Positions 31,755 to 41,633 of a DNA stretch of 64,000 nt are shown here, piece after piece. Positions within the stretch are counted from its first letter, which is position 1, and each line of letters begins with the position of its first letter. Position numbers and translations under genes: made by a program. The DNA lies in contig CAVZSV010000004.1 in NCBI GenBank assembly GCA_963778115.1, positions 2,176,001 through 2,240,000 of the forward strand. Reading direction: 5' to 3'. The stretch is from an uncultured delta proteobacterium (lineage in GTDB: Bacteria; Bdellovibrionota; FAC87; UBA2466). A model generated the notes under the pieces. That model had not been told where the DNA came from and made no database searches. It worked only from the letters and a program-made list of their open reading frames with translations.

Positions 31755-33485
31755 CTACTCCTGCGTTACCGCGACCAATTCTATAGCAGTTGTGGTTCCA
31801 TCGAGAACTTTTTGAATGCCGCACTGCCGCAAGCTCACCATTCCTCGTTCGGTGGCTACTTTCTTAATCTGAGTGGCATCGCATTTTTCCATGATCTTGG
31901 CTCGGACCTCGTCGTCGATAATCATAAGCTCGTTCACGACCATTCGGCCCTTATATCCGGTGCCTCCGCACTCCCCACAGCCTTTGGTTCGGGTAATCTT
32001 GCTTCCTCCGAAGACGTTGGGATCCAGGCCCAAGTTTTCAAGCTCGATGGGCTGAGGGACATACGCCTCTTTGCAATTCTTGCAAGACTTACGAATAAGT
32101 CGCTGAGCCAAAACCGCCAGTAACGAAGAAGAGACTAAAAAAGGCTCTACTCCCATATCGACAAGTCGAGTGACGGCGCCAGGGGCATCATTAGTATGAA
32201 TCGTAGCAAAAACTAAGTGACCTGTTAAAGAGGCTTGAATTGCGATTTCAGCGGTTTCTTTATCTCGAATTTCTCCGACCATGATCACATCGGGATCTTG
32301 ACGAAGAATAGCTCTAAGACCCGAAGCAAAAGTAAGTCCAATCTTGGGATTGACCTGAATTTGTCCGACGCCTTTAAGATCATATTCAATCGGATCTTCA
32401 ACCGTAATGATATTTCGTTCGATGGAATTGATTCGAGTTAAGGCCGCATAGAGGGTCGTCGTTTTGCCGCTACCGGTGGGGCCGGTAACGAGAATGATGC
32501 CGTGCTTTTTGTGAATCAACTGATTGACGGTCTGAATCGTATGTTCTTCGAAACCTAAATCCACGAGGTCTAATCGGACGCTACTTTTGTCCAAGATACG
32601 AAGGACTAATCGCTCTCCGTGCGCCGTTGGGATGACCGAAAGACGAAGATCGATATCTTTACCGGCGATCTTAATCTTGATGCGACCGTCCTGCGGAAGT
32701 CGTTTTTCGGCAATGTCCAGTTCGCCCATCAACTTAATACGCGAAGACATGCCGGCATGGAGCCCTTTCGGCGGACGTGCGACATCATAAAGTACTCCGT
32801 CGATACGCAGACGGACCGCCATGTCTTTTTCATAAGGCTCAATATGAATGTCGGAAGCTTTGTCTTTGACCGCTCGGAAAAGCAAGTTATTGACGAAACG
32901 GATGACCGGAGCATCATCTTCCGAAGACTCCAAGAGGTCGACGGTCTCTTCGAGATTGTATTCAAAATCTTCATTTTCGGATTCATTTCCGATCTCCGAC
33001 ATGATGTTTTGACGAACTCGCTCATAGACTCGGTTAATGGAATCCAACACGAATTTGCTTTCGCAAAGGACTGGTTTTACCTCTTTTTGAAAGATAACTC
33101 GGAGATCGTCCAAACATTGCAGGTTAAAGGGATCGGAAATAACTACCGTCACGGCATAGTCGTCCATCGCTATCGGCAAGACTTCAAACTGCCGGGCATA
33201 GGTAATGGGAATTTCTTTAACCCAATCAGGATTAATATGATTGACATCGATCTCTTTGAGATAAGGAATTCCTAACTGGAGTCCCAATGCGATTAAGATC
33301 TCATTGGGCTGGAGAAACTTCTTTTGAATGAGAATCTCTCCAAGACGTCCCCCTTTTTCCTTTTGAAGCAACAGGGCCTCTTTGAGTTGAGGTTCTGTTA
33401 AAGAGGTATGGGCAAGCAAGATCTCACCGATCTTGGTCTCCTGTTTCAGTGCCCTATTAATGACATCTCTCGCGCTATTCTTCAT
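31755..33485 (-). CDS. gspE: type II secretion ATPase GspE
   Basis: MshEN-like N-terminus 'RLGEILIQ', 'ASDIHIEP', 'GPTGSGKTTT', 'LRQDPD', 'ASLTGHLV', and a tetracysteine motif. Confidence 0.96.
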   Translation of the reverse strand: MKNSARDVINRALKQETKIGEILLAHTSLTEPQLKEALLLQKEKGGRLGEILIQKKFLQPNEILIALGLQLGIPYLKEIDVNHINPDWVKEIPITYARQFEVLPIAMDDYAVTVVISDPFNLQCLDDLRVIFQKEVKPVLCESKFVLDSINRVYERVRQNIMSEIGNESENEDFEYNLEETVDLLESSEDDAPVIRFVNNLLFRAVKDKASDIHIEPYEKDMAVRLRIDGVLYDVARPPKGLHAGMSSRIKLMGELDIAEKRLPQDGRIKIKIAGKDIDLRLSVIPTAHGERLVLRILDKSSVRLDLVDLGFEEHTIQTVNQLIHKKHGIILVTGPTGSGKTTTLYAALTRINSIERNIITVEDPIEYDLKGVGQIQVNPKIGLTFASGLRAILRQDPDVIMVGEIRDKETAEIAIQASLTGHLVFATIHTNDAPGAVTRLVDMGVEPFLVSSSLLAVLAQRLIRKSCKNCKEAYVPQPIELENLGLDPNVFGGSKITRTKGCGECGGTGYKGRMVVNELMIIDDEVRAKIMEKCDATQIKKVATERGMVSLRQCGIQKVLDGTTTAIELVAVTQE

Positions 33486-33512
33486 GATGTTTTCTGACCT
33501 CTTGGGCGACTA

Positions 33513-36395
33513 TCATTGGCCACCTTGATTTTGTTCTGGCGGCGTTTGGAGTAAGGGCGCATCAGGCCCCAGTCCAGGGGCTGGTCCAGGAGCCCCTTGT
33601 GGAGGGGGCACCGGGATATTTTGCTGGGTTTGGCCGCCCGGGATAGCCGGAGCATTTCGCTCAATCATACTGCGAGGTGCGTCTTTGTTCTCGGATTCTT
33701 TCACTGGAGGTTCCTCGATGTTCGAGCTTTCGTCGGATTTTAGTTTTTTGATGTCCACATCATCATCGTCATCATTATTGTTGCGGTAATTAAACAGCGG
33801 TTCGGTTTTTGCGCGCTCTTTTTGTTCTTCAAGTTTTTTCTTGTAAGCGGCGATTTCCTCTTTCTCTGGATCGTCCCCATTTAATTCTTCGTTCACATAC
33901 TCTTTGCGTTTGCCAAGCTTATCATCGATAAGAGTAGCCCCCTCTAGGCTGGTTCCTATGATGCGAGGATGAAGTAGGATGACTAAATTCGTTTTGATCG
34001 TTTCGTATTGGTTACTCTTAAAGAGCCAGCCTAAAATCGGAATGTCGCCCAGAAGAGGAACCTTGCTATCGCTTTCGGTGACGGTGTCGGAGATGAGCCC
34101 CCCTAGCATGATGTAGTCCTGATCTCTCACACTCACCGACGTGTTGGTGACCCGAGTCGTTTTTGCCTTTTGGATATTTTGCAATGCTTGCGGCACTGCA
34201 TTGTTCGCTTTTAGGGTATCCACGGTCTGTTCGATCTGGAGTCGAATGGTGCGGCTTGCGGCATTAATCTGCGGAGTCAGCGCAATATCGATACCGCTCT
34301 TTAAAATAGTGATGTTTCCCGTTCCCACCGTCGTTGTGGTGGCTCCCGGATTTAACGTGAAACTCGATTGCACGGGGATTTCATCTTGTACTTTGAATTG
34401 GGCCTTCTCGTTATCGAGTGCAATGATCTGCGGTGTCGAGAGCACCGATGTTTTGGTGTTCGTCGTAAGGAAGTTTAATAAACCCATGAAGGCATTGACG
34501 TTCACCTGTTGTCCCGCGACGGTACTGTTCCATCCTGGCCCTGCGAAGACAGGTAGAGTGGCACCCGGAAGCGGAGTTCCGGTAATGAAATTGGTGATAC
34601 TGTTTTGATCTCCGATGAAGCCTCCCGCGAAACCTCGAGTTCCCGGAGCTCCGAGTGCGGTATTCACGTTAAGCTGGGTCTGTTTATCCAGAGAGATTTC
34701 CAGAATGGCCGATTCGATGAAGACCTGAAGCCTTGGAATATCCAATTTCTTTAAGACTCGTTTTAGAGTCTTGTAATCGCTTGCGTTCGCCGTAACCACC
34801 AATGAATTGGTTGCAGTGTCGGAAGTGACGCGAACTCCGCCGTCTAGCTCAGCGGAGACGGGTCCCGTGGAATTAGTGCCGAATACCTGAGGAGTTTGCC
34901 CCTGACCTCCGGCTCCTGGTGTGGACGCTTGGGGGGAGGAGACGCTTGTCTTTCGGCTGGATCCCTTGCCACCGGGTCCTCCCGAAGACAGAGAGCTTAG
35001 GGTTGCCGCGAGGTCTTCCGCTTTTGCGTATTCGCAATAATAAACATGAATTTTTCCCGTGTCGGTCACTCTGATATCGAGCTTGTCCACCAACTTTACA
35101 AGAGTGATGAAACCAGCTTGATTGGCCAGCACGACTAAGCTGTTAGTGGCTTCATCAGGAATAATTTTGGTGATGATACCGCCCCCACGGGTCCTCTCGA
35201 GTGAACTTCGGCTAAAGGTACGGGCAGCTCCAGCTCCTCCGGTTGATCCCCCTTTTTTATCACCGTAAATTTCTCCCAGCATATCGGAAATGGTCTTTGC
35301 TGAAGTATTTTTGATTCTAAGTACGTGAAGCGTGGTTTCGAAGCTTTTCACATCCAGAGTTTCTAAGATCTCTTTAATGCGCTGAATGTTGGAACCCGTA
35401 TCCGTAATAATAATCGAGTTGGTGGGCTCGTAAGCGAAGAGTTTTCCCTGTCTCGTAGTAAGATCGCGAAACTCGCGAGAGACTTCGTCAGAATTAATGT
35501 ATTTAAGCTGGAAGATACGGGTGATGAACTGGTCGTCTTTAGGAGCGTAATCACCCGAATAAGTCTTTACCGGAGATCTTCTTGCTTCAGCCGATTCGAT
35601 AATCCGAATGAATTTTCCACTCTGGACCGTCGTGAGTCCATTGGCATCTAAGGCCGACAGGAAGGCATTGTAGGCTTCCTGCAAAGTCACCTGACTCGGT
35701 CCGATGATGGTTATCTTCCCTCGGACTTTATTATCTAAAATAAAGTTCTTCCCGGTCCATTTACTGATTAGCGTAACAACATCGCGAATGTCTTTGTCGG
35801 GGAGGTCGAAGTTTTTTACTTCAAGTCCCTTCACCGAGGAATCGAGTTCGAGATAATCGGCTAGTTTTTGCGGGGGCTTTGAAGCCACCGTTTCTCCCAA
35901 ACCGCCTCCGAAACCACCGTTTTGGGTAGGAAGTCCCGCTTGGTTGTTTTGGGGAAGATTTCCCCGATTGGGGGCTGCTGGATAAGAAGGACGCGCGAGG
36001 GGCGGGGGGGTAGCTCGACTCGGTGCCGGCGAAAGGGTTCCGGGTTTCGAATTTGAAGGTGCGGTAGGATAGGACGGAGCGCCCCGCATCTGAGGGGGAT
36101 TTGGATTCGGATTGGTTGGCGGAGCATTGTTGGGGTTATTGGGGGCCGGAAATCCAAAGTTTCCATCAGGCGAAAAATCATCATCTTCAGGTAATCCACT
36201 GGGCCCATTTCCGTTGGCGGGAGGCGGAGGCGCTGGGTTAACATTGCCAAAGGGATTTGGGTTTTCGGCGAAGCTCGTTGGCAATGCCCCCATCAGACAC
36301 AGTAAAACCAAAAGACTACCGAAGCTCTTGATACCATTCTTCACGGCTAGAGCCCTCTCTGTATTAGGTATGTGCGATTTTTGGTTCATCATCAT
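33513..36395 (-). CDS. gspD: type II secretion secretin GspD
   Basis: N0 'DIRDVVTLISKWTGKNFI', N1-N3 repeats, 'LDIPRLQVFIE', 'STPQI', 'KVPLLGDIPILGWLF'. Confidence 0.95.
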   Translation of the reverse strand: MMMNQKSHIPNTERALAVKNGIKSFGSLLVLLCLMGALPTSFAENPNPFGNVNPAPPPPANGNGPSGLPEDDDFSPDGNFGFPAPNNPNNAPPTNPNPNPPQMRGAPSYPTAPSNSKPGTLSPAPSRATPPPLARPSYPAAPNRGNLPQNNQAGLPTQNGGFGGGLGETVASKPPQKLADYLELDSSVKGLEVKNFDLPDKDIRDVVTLISKWTGKNFILDNKVRGKITIIGPSQVTLQEAYNAFLSALDANGLTTVQSGKFIRIIESAEARRSPVKTYSGDYAPKDDQFITRIFQLKYINSDEVSREFRDLTTRQGKLFAYEPTNSIIITDTGSNIQRIKEILETLDVKSFETTLHVLRIKNTSAKTISDMLGEIYGDKKGGSTGGAGAARTFSRSSLERTRGGGIITKIIPDEATNSLVVLANQAGFITLVKLVDKLDIRVTDTGKIHVYYCEYAKAEDLAATLSSLSSGGPGGKGSSRKTSVSSPQASTPGAGGQGQTPQVFGTNSTGPVSAELDGGVRVTSDTATNSLVVTANASDYKTLKRVLKKLDIPRLQVFIESAILEISLDKQTQLNVNTALGAPGTRGFAGGFIGDQNSITNFITGTPLPGATLPVFAGPGWNSTVAGQQVNVNAFMGLLNFLTTNTKTSVLSTPQIIALDNEKAQFKVQDEIPVQSSFTLNPGATTTTVGTGNITILKSGIDIALTPQINAASRTIRLQIEQTVDTLKANNAVPQALQNIQKAKTTRVTNTSVSVRDQDYIMLGGLISDTVTESDSKVPLLGDIPILGWLFKSNQYETIKTNLVILLHPRIIGTSLEGATLIDDKLGKRKEYVNEELNGDDPEKEEIAAYKKKLEEQKERAKTEPLFNYRNNNDDDDDVDIKKLKSDESSNIEEPPVKESENKDAPRSMIERNAPAIPGGQTQQNIPVPPPQGAPGPAPGLGPDAPLLQTPPEQNQGGQ

Positions 36396-37462
36396 TTCAC
36401 GTTAAAGGTCAAAGTCGTTTTCTCGCCACCTCGAATGATTCCTAAAATGACGTCTGGCGAGTTTCTTAGGCGTTGAAATGCTTCTAGTCCCTTTCCAGCA
36501 TTATCTAAAACGATGTCGTTCACGTTCGTTAGAATATCTCCCTGGTGAATCCCTAACTGAGCAAAGGGAGAACCCGGATCAACCGATTGCACTAAGAATC
36601 CCATAAACTTTCCGGTTCCCGGCTCTAAGTAGGGGACCGCACGGGCCGTTTGCAAAACATCAGGAAGATTGTGAAGTTTGTCTTCTAAAAAGGATTTCTT
36701 TACCGCGTAGGTCTTTTCGTTGATGGGGGTGATACCATCCGTTCCCGATAGGCTGGCGTTGCCAATGGCCCCCCCTTCTTCGGGAATTTCTGCATATTCG
36801 AACTCGCCGGTGGAGCGGATCTGGAAGCAAAACTTTTTCCGCTCTACCTTTTTGGCGACGAACTTTCCATCAAAAAAACTTTCGTCCTTCTTTACGGCGA
36901 TTTTAGTGGCATTTCCCTCTTCTTGCAAAAGCGCCACGGATAAATTTTCGTCGTTCATCACGATAGTTCCCAAGAGCTGAATTCTTTGGGTTGTTAATTT
37001 AGCCAGGCTCATACATTCCAACTGTCCTTGGCCGATAATCGGAGGGATAACTCCCTCCACGTTAAACATATTTCGCTTCTCGATAGCACCGTACTCGCTC
37101 GATGCGGTCGGAGTCATCCGTTGGATGGGAGGGGCGACTCTCCGAGGGGGGGCCATATAATTCGGACGTACCATTAATCCCAGCATCCGATCCGTGATTT
37201 CGGCGGCCAGAAAAAGGGCCAGAACGATGATTCCCCAGCGAATCCAGTTGGAATGCTCCGAAATTTTCTTGAGTTCGACCTTTTTGAGATCAAACTCAAA
37301 CCGCGTGGGGGTCTTTCCCGAGAATTTATTCTTAAATGACGCGGTTAGTCGTTGCCAGGCGCGACCATTCATTAGTCGGCTGCCTTTGGACTTTGCCCCA
37401 TCGAGCCAAGCCTTCAGGCGGTCAGGAATTCCTTTGGAAGAGTCGTCTGGGTTGTCGTTCAC
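36392..37462 (-). CDS. gspC: type II secretion protein GspC with C-terminal PDZ domain
   Basis: TM helix, 'IEKRNMF', 'LLGTIV', 'ARAVPY...GF.VQSV.PGSPFAQLGIHQGD' PDZ. Confidence 0.9.
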   Translation of the reverse strand: MNDNPDDSSKGIPDRLKAWLDGAKSKGSRLMNGRAWQRLTASFKNKFSGKTPTRFEFDLKKVELKKISEHSNWIRWGIIVLALFLAAEITDRMLGLMVRPNYMAPPRRVAPPIQRMTPTASSEYGAIEKRNMFNVEGVIPPIIGQGQLECMSLAKLTTQRIQLLGTIVMNDENLSVALLQEEGNATKIAVKKDESFFDGKFVAKKVERKKFCFQIRSTGEFEYAEIPEEGGAIGNASLSGTDGITPINEKTYAVKKSFLEDKLHNLPDVLQTARAVPYLEPGTGKFMGFLVQSVDPGSPFAQLGIHQGDILTNVNDIVLDNAGKGLEAFQRLRNSPDVILGIIRGGEKTTLTFNVK

Positions 37463-37533
37463 ACATCACCTGGCACACATCGCCTTGCACAGATCTTCTG
37501 GCACACGTTATATAGTTGATCAGCTTCCTACAC

Positions 37534-37549
37534 TGCAATGTGCGGGCCA
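37534..37549 (-). promoter_or_regulatory. sigma-54 (RpoN) -24/-12 promoter of the gsp operon
   Basis: Minus strand TGGCCCGCACATTGCA (GG-N10-GC, near consensus TGGCACG-N4-TTGCW), about 70 nt upstream of gspC. Confidence 0.7.
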
Positions 37550-37716
37550 CGTCGATTGCACCCTTTTTTCACCCCACACTCACCCTGAAAGGCGTTCCAA
37601 AGTTGAACTTAACGCACCTTAGCATAGACCTATTGTCAAAGGGGAGACTGTTTTGGCAGGGTTTCTGTGACAATTTGGCAATGACGTTGCCCTACTTGAG
37701 AAGGTAAAAAAGGCGG

Positions 37717-38109
37717 GTGACCATAGAATCCCACTCGACTTCCGATAGCCAACTTTTCGAAGAGGGCTGCCGCTATTTTAATGAGGGCAATTATTTTGAA
37801 GCGCATGAATCTTGGGAAGAGCTTTGGACTCAGGCGCAGGGGCAAAGGCATGCCTATTTGCAGTGCCTCATTCAGGTATCGGTAGCCTTACACCATGCAA
37901 GCCGAGAAAACTGGGCGGGAGCAAGAAAGCTATTGGCATCCTCGTTAGATTACCTGGAAAAGGGGCGCTTAGGCGGAGACGAAGTTGACCTGGAACGATT
38001 GAAAGATCACATCTTGGACTTTGAGTTGGCCATTCAAAAAAGGTTGAATGACGCATCGAGCGATGAACTTCCCTTTTTTGAGATGCCTCGTGTGGAGGAA
38101 AGTTCATGA
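37717..38109 (+). CDS. DUF309 domain protein
   Basis: 'FNEGNYFEAHESWEELW...LQCLIQVSVALHH..NWAGA'. Confidence 0.9.
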   Translation: MTIESHSTSDSQLFEEGCRYFNEGNYFEAHESWEELWTQAQGQRHAYLQCLIQVSVALHHASRENWAGARKLLASSLDYLEKGRLGGDEVDLERLKDHILDFELAIQKRLNDASSDELPFFEMPRVEESS

Positions 38110-39029
38110 GCCATTCCCATCACGAGCATCACCACGGTCACGGCCATTCTCATACTCACGGCCATCCGACCCGCCAATTATGGTGGCTATCGTTACTCAC
38201 TGTGAGCTATCTGATTGCTGAGATAGTGGGCGGCTTGACGAGCGGATCGCTAGCACTTTTAGCGGATGCCGGTCACATGGCCATCGATGTAGCTTCCATC
38301 GCGCTTAGCATCTTTGCCGTCTGGGTAGCTAAAAGGCCCGCAACTTCGGCCAAAACTTTCGGATACTACCGTGCTGAAATCTTAGCAGCTCTTGTGAACG
38401 GCGCTTTGTTGTTCGGTGTGGCACTTGGAATTTTTTATGAGGCGCTGGAACGCTTTTCCCATCCTGAGCCTATTCGTGTCGGGATTATGGCGGCCGTCTC
38501 GGCGGGCGGAGTCGCGGTGAATTTGATCGGATTGGTTCTGGTTCGACGTAACTGCAAAGACAATCTTAATCTGCGAGGGGTGTGGCTGCACGTGGCGACC
38601 GATGCGTTAGGATCGGCCGCTTCTCTTTTGGCTTCGGGACTTATCTTTGCGTTCGGTTGGACGATAGCGGATCCTTTGCTTTCCATCTTGCTTGCGGGAT
38701 TTATCTTATTTGGGGCTTATCATCTTCTTTACGATTGCGTGAATGTCCTTCTCGAAGGAGTGCCTAAGGGAATGGATGTTGCGGCTATCCGAAAGCGAAT
38801 CGAGGCATACCCTTCTGTCCAGCGAGTTCACGACCTCCATGTATGGGCTGTCACTAGTGGCGTTCATTCGCTGAGTGCTCACGTTCTCATTTCCGACGGG
38901 GTAGACTATTGCGAGATTTTGGCGGGAATCATTCAGCTTCTGGAAAAAGAATTTTCGATCGAGCATGTGACTTTACAACTCGAGCCTCCAGGCTTTGTTC
39001 ATGCCAAAGATCTTCATCTACACGCCTAA
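38106..39029 (+). CDS. czcD: cation diffusion facilitator (CzcD/ZitB-like Zn/Co/Cd efflux)
   Basis: His-rich N-terminus, '[11 protein letters not shown]', '[10 protein letters not shown]', 'WLHVATD', 'VHDLHVW', 'HVTLQLE'. Confidence 0.92.
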   Translation: MSHSHHEHHHGHGHSHTHGHPTRQLWWLSLLTVSYLIAEIVGGLTSGSLALLADAGHMAIDVASIALSIFAVWVAKRPATSAKTFGYYRAEILAALVNGALLFGVALGIFYEALERFSHPEPIRVGIMAAVSAGGVAVNLIGLVLVRRNCKDNLNLRGVWLHVATDALGSAASLLASGLIFAFGWTIADPLLSILLAGFILFGAYHLLYDCVNVLLEGVPKGMDVAAIRKRIEAYPSVQRVHDLHVWAVTSGVHSLSAHVLISDGVDYCEILAGIIQLLEKEFSIEHVTLQLEPPGFVHAKDLHLHA

Positions 39030-39431
39030 CATCTTGATCACGACCCGTTTCTTTCGCTGTCCATCGAACTCAGCGTAAAAAACCTGCTCCCAAGGACCTA
39101 AATCTAATTTTCCGTCGGTAATGGGTAAGAGGGTCTGGTGGTGCAGTAACGTCCGCTTCAAATGAGCGTCGGCATTGTCTTCCCCAGTTTGGTGGTGCAA
39201 ATAATCCGGTTTTGCGGGGGCAAGAAGCTCTAGCCATGTTTGGAGATCTTTTTTCAAGCCTTGTTCTTCGTCGTTTACCCAGATGGCTGAAGTAATGTGC
39301 ATGGCGGAGACCAAACACATTCCATCGGTGATTTCGGATCTCTCCACCAGTTCAGAAATGCGATCGGTAATGTTGATCAGCTCTTTACGTTGTCGTGTCT
39401 CAAACCAGAGGTAGTCCGTAAATGTTTTCAT
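39018..39431 (-). CDS. yjbQ: YjbQ (UPF0047) family protein
   Basis: '[13 protein letters not shown]', '[10 protein letters not shown]', '[18 protein letters not shown]'. Confidence 0.92.
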   Translation of the reverse strand: MKTFTDYLWFETRQRKELINITDRISELVERSEITDGMCLVSAMHITSAIWVNDEEQGLKKDLQTWLELLAPAKPDYLHHQTGEDNADAHLKRTLLHHQTLLPITDGKLDLGPWEQVFYAEFDGQRKKRVVIKMLGV

Positions 39432-39557
39432 GAGGGTCATATGACTCCATTTATGCTTCATGTCAAAGGCCGGACGGCATAACGCGAACCGTCGATAGAA
39501 TCCATTGATTTGGCGACGTCCCTCTATCATCATCGAAATCGGCTGGGGGGCTAAGGA

Positions 39558-40166
39558 ATGAAAACGGGCAAGAGAATGTTTTTTGTCGCCGTAGGGGTTG
39601 TTGGGATAATGGGGACGTCATTCGGACAGGCTTTTGGAGAGACGGCCACTCCGAGCTATATCCAGTTAGAGGGCAGACTCGATTTTAGCCCAGGACAATC
39701 GGGGCAGGCAGAGTGCAAACTCGATCAGGCGTTGGGTTGCAATCTCACCTTTATCGGATTGGAATTTAGCGGCACTGCCATCACGAGAGCCTTCTTAAGT
39801 GAAGACCCCAGTAGCGAGGGAGTTCCCCCCGCCACCATCGATTTTGACCCAGATGAATTGGGTAAGCTTCAGCTGGTTCAGGACCCTCAGGGGCGTTACT
39901 GGGTACAACAATTTTATCTCAAGCAAAGAGAGATCGAATGGCTTCTCAGCCATACCTGTGAATTGCCGGCGTTGGGTTTTGGAGTGAACACCGTGGGAGG
40001 GGGTAAGATGGTCTTTACTTTTGATACCCAGGGTTTGGGACAGTACTACTCGCAATCGGCCCCCGTCTGCGAAAACTTTTTGGGCACCTACAATTCGGGT
40101 CAGCCCTATACAGCTTCCTTGAGTTTCGTTCAGGAGAATTACATTCCCGAAGGGGGCCACAAATGA
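39558..40166 (+). CDS. exported hypothetical protein (4 Cys)
   Basis: Sec-type signal (..GQAFG), AAGGA RBS. Confidence 0.65.
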   Translation: MKTGKRMFFVAVGVVGIMGTSFGQAFGETATPSYIQLEGRLDFSPGQSGQAECKLDQALGCNLTFIGLEFSGTAITRAFLSEDPSSEGVPPATIDFDPDELGKLQLVQDPQGRYWVQQFYLKQREIEWLLSHTCELPALGFGVNTVGGGKMVFTFDTQGLGQYYSQSAPVCENFLGTYNSGQPYTASLSFVQENYIPEGGHK

Positions 40167-40657
40167 AATTAGAAAAGGTGAGATTTAAAAGAGTCTTGAT
40201 TCTGACAAGCCTCCTGCTATCGGCTATTTCAAGAACGGGCACTGCCGACAATTTACCCCCTTATCTTAGTGCTATGACCGGCACTATTTTTACTTCGTTA
40301 CTGGATAGCGCAACCTTTAGTTTCCAACCCGGGCAGCTGGTCCAATGTACGAAATCACCTAATCAAACGGTGGCCACTTGGAATTGTACTCTAAGCAACG
40401 CGTCTGCGACGGTAACCGATGCTACGAGGGGAACCCGCCAATATTTGCTGACCTCAGTGGTTCTGCTCATTACCATGCCCTCGAACGGTCCCTGTTACGA
40501 TTTCCGTTTTACGGGTACCTATGCCGACAAAACGACGTCTCTTCAATCGGGCTTAACCTTGGGACTCTATTATTACTCGAATGCTCCTTCCGCGGTGCGG
40601 GGAACCCTCGCCTTGACCGACTTTGGGGTCGGCGGAAACATCATGATCAATAATTAG
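40163..40657 (+). CDS. exported beta-rich hypothetical protein
   Basis: Signal peptide, Thr/Ser-rich, ATGA-coupled to the upstream gene. Confidence 0.65.
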   Translation: MKLEKVRFKRVLILTSLLLSAISRTGTADNLPPYLSAMTGTIFTSLLDSATFSFQPGQLVQCTKSPNQTVATWNCTLSNASATVTDATRGTRQYLLTSVVLLITMPSNGPCYDFRFTGTYADKTTSLQSGLTLGLYYYSNAPSAVRGTLALTDFGVGGNIMINN

Positions 40658-40734
40658 CACCCGAGTACTTGCTCCATCGAGGCCTTAGTGGACAAAGACG
40701 GGTTACTACGTTAAAAGTTGCAAGTTGCGAATAT

Positions 40735-40807
<73 letters not shown>

Positions 40808-40810
40808 CAT

Positions 40811-40841
40811 AAAAAAGCCGACCATTCAGGTCGGCTTTTTT
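40811..40841. terminator. bidirectional rho-independent terminator
   Basis: AAAAAAGCCGACC-attca-GGTCGGCTTTTTT between tRNA-Lys and a convergent gene. Confidence 0.88.
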
Positions 40842-40861
40842 CATTTTCCGCTAATTTTAGA

Positions 40862-41431
40862 TCAATCTCCTTCATCTAAGTAAAGGGCCTTGAAGGAGCC
40901 GGCGTTGTCGAGCACGTAGCAGTTATTGCTATACATCGAAGGGGGCTGATTGGTGGCCGTAAATTGACAAAGTTCCTGTAGGCTAGCGTTTCCGGTTGTA
41001 CTATCCACTGAAATTTGTCCCACCACGATGGGACTTCCCCCTCCGTCATTTTGAATCAATTGGTAGCCATTAGCGGTAGCTCCCCCGCTTACGTTAGGTT
41101 GCAATGTGGTTGAGAATGCCAAGGAGCTGTTGCTCAAGGCCGAACCATCAGTGGGGCATGAAGTCGTAAAGAATCCGACGGTGTCTACTGCCTGCCCCTG
41201 CTGCCCATTAGCACTTTGATGATTCCATTGAATGCAGTTATTTTGGGGCACGATGGAAGATTGCGAGGTGATGTTTTGTACCATCTGAGAGGGATAGCTG
41301 ACGAGGGAGATGGTCGATGGCGTCGTCGAGGCTGAGGTGGATGATCCCCCCGCGGAATTCTTAGAACAACCGCTGCAAAAGAAAGCGGCCGCCAATATAA
41401 AGATGGCGTAGTGAGAGAATGCTTTTTTCAT
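40862..41431 (-). CDS. hypothetical lipoprotein
   Basis: MKK, hydrophobic stretch, lipobox-like 'CSG-C', Ser/Thr linker, paired Cys; GGAGG RBS. Confidence 0.7.
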   Translation of the reverse strand: MKKAFSHYAIFILAAAFFCSGCSKNSAGGSSTSASTTPSTISLVSYPSQMVQNITSQSSIVPQNNCIQWNHQSANGQQGQAVDTVGFFTTSCPTDGSALSNSSLAFSTTLQPNVSGGATANGYQLIQNDGGGSPIVVGQISVDSTTGNASLQELCQFTATNQPPSMYSNNCYVLDNAGSFKALYLDEGD

Positions 41432-41482
41432 TTTTTTTTCCTCCGCTGCTCGGGCGGCCTCTCTCTCGATGCCCGAAGACAG

Positions 41483-41498
41483 AGCAAATTCTTTGCCA
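41483..41498 (-). promoter_or_regulatory. sigma-54 -24/-12 promoter
   Basis: Minus strand TGGCAAAGAATTTGCT, about 50 nt upstream of the 41431 start. Confidence 0.65.
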
Positions 41499-41633
41499 AA
41501 GTTTCTGTGCCTATCGGTAGGCGTTCGGAAGAGTAGTTTAGCGTCTTGAAGCGGCGCTAGATGTCACTTACGGTGGCAAAAAGGCGCTCTAGACGGGAGT
41601 AACGGCTTGTGGGAGGCTAGGCGAAAGTCTGGT

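Noticed and set aside
23974..37622. Antisense and alternate-frame ORFs within the gsp operon (e.g. 30689..31231, 32619..33275, 34141..34608)
   Set aside because: Shadows of well-conserved genes, with no motifs of their own.
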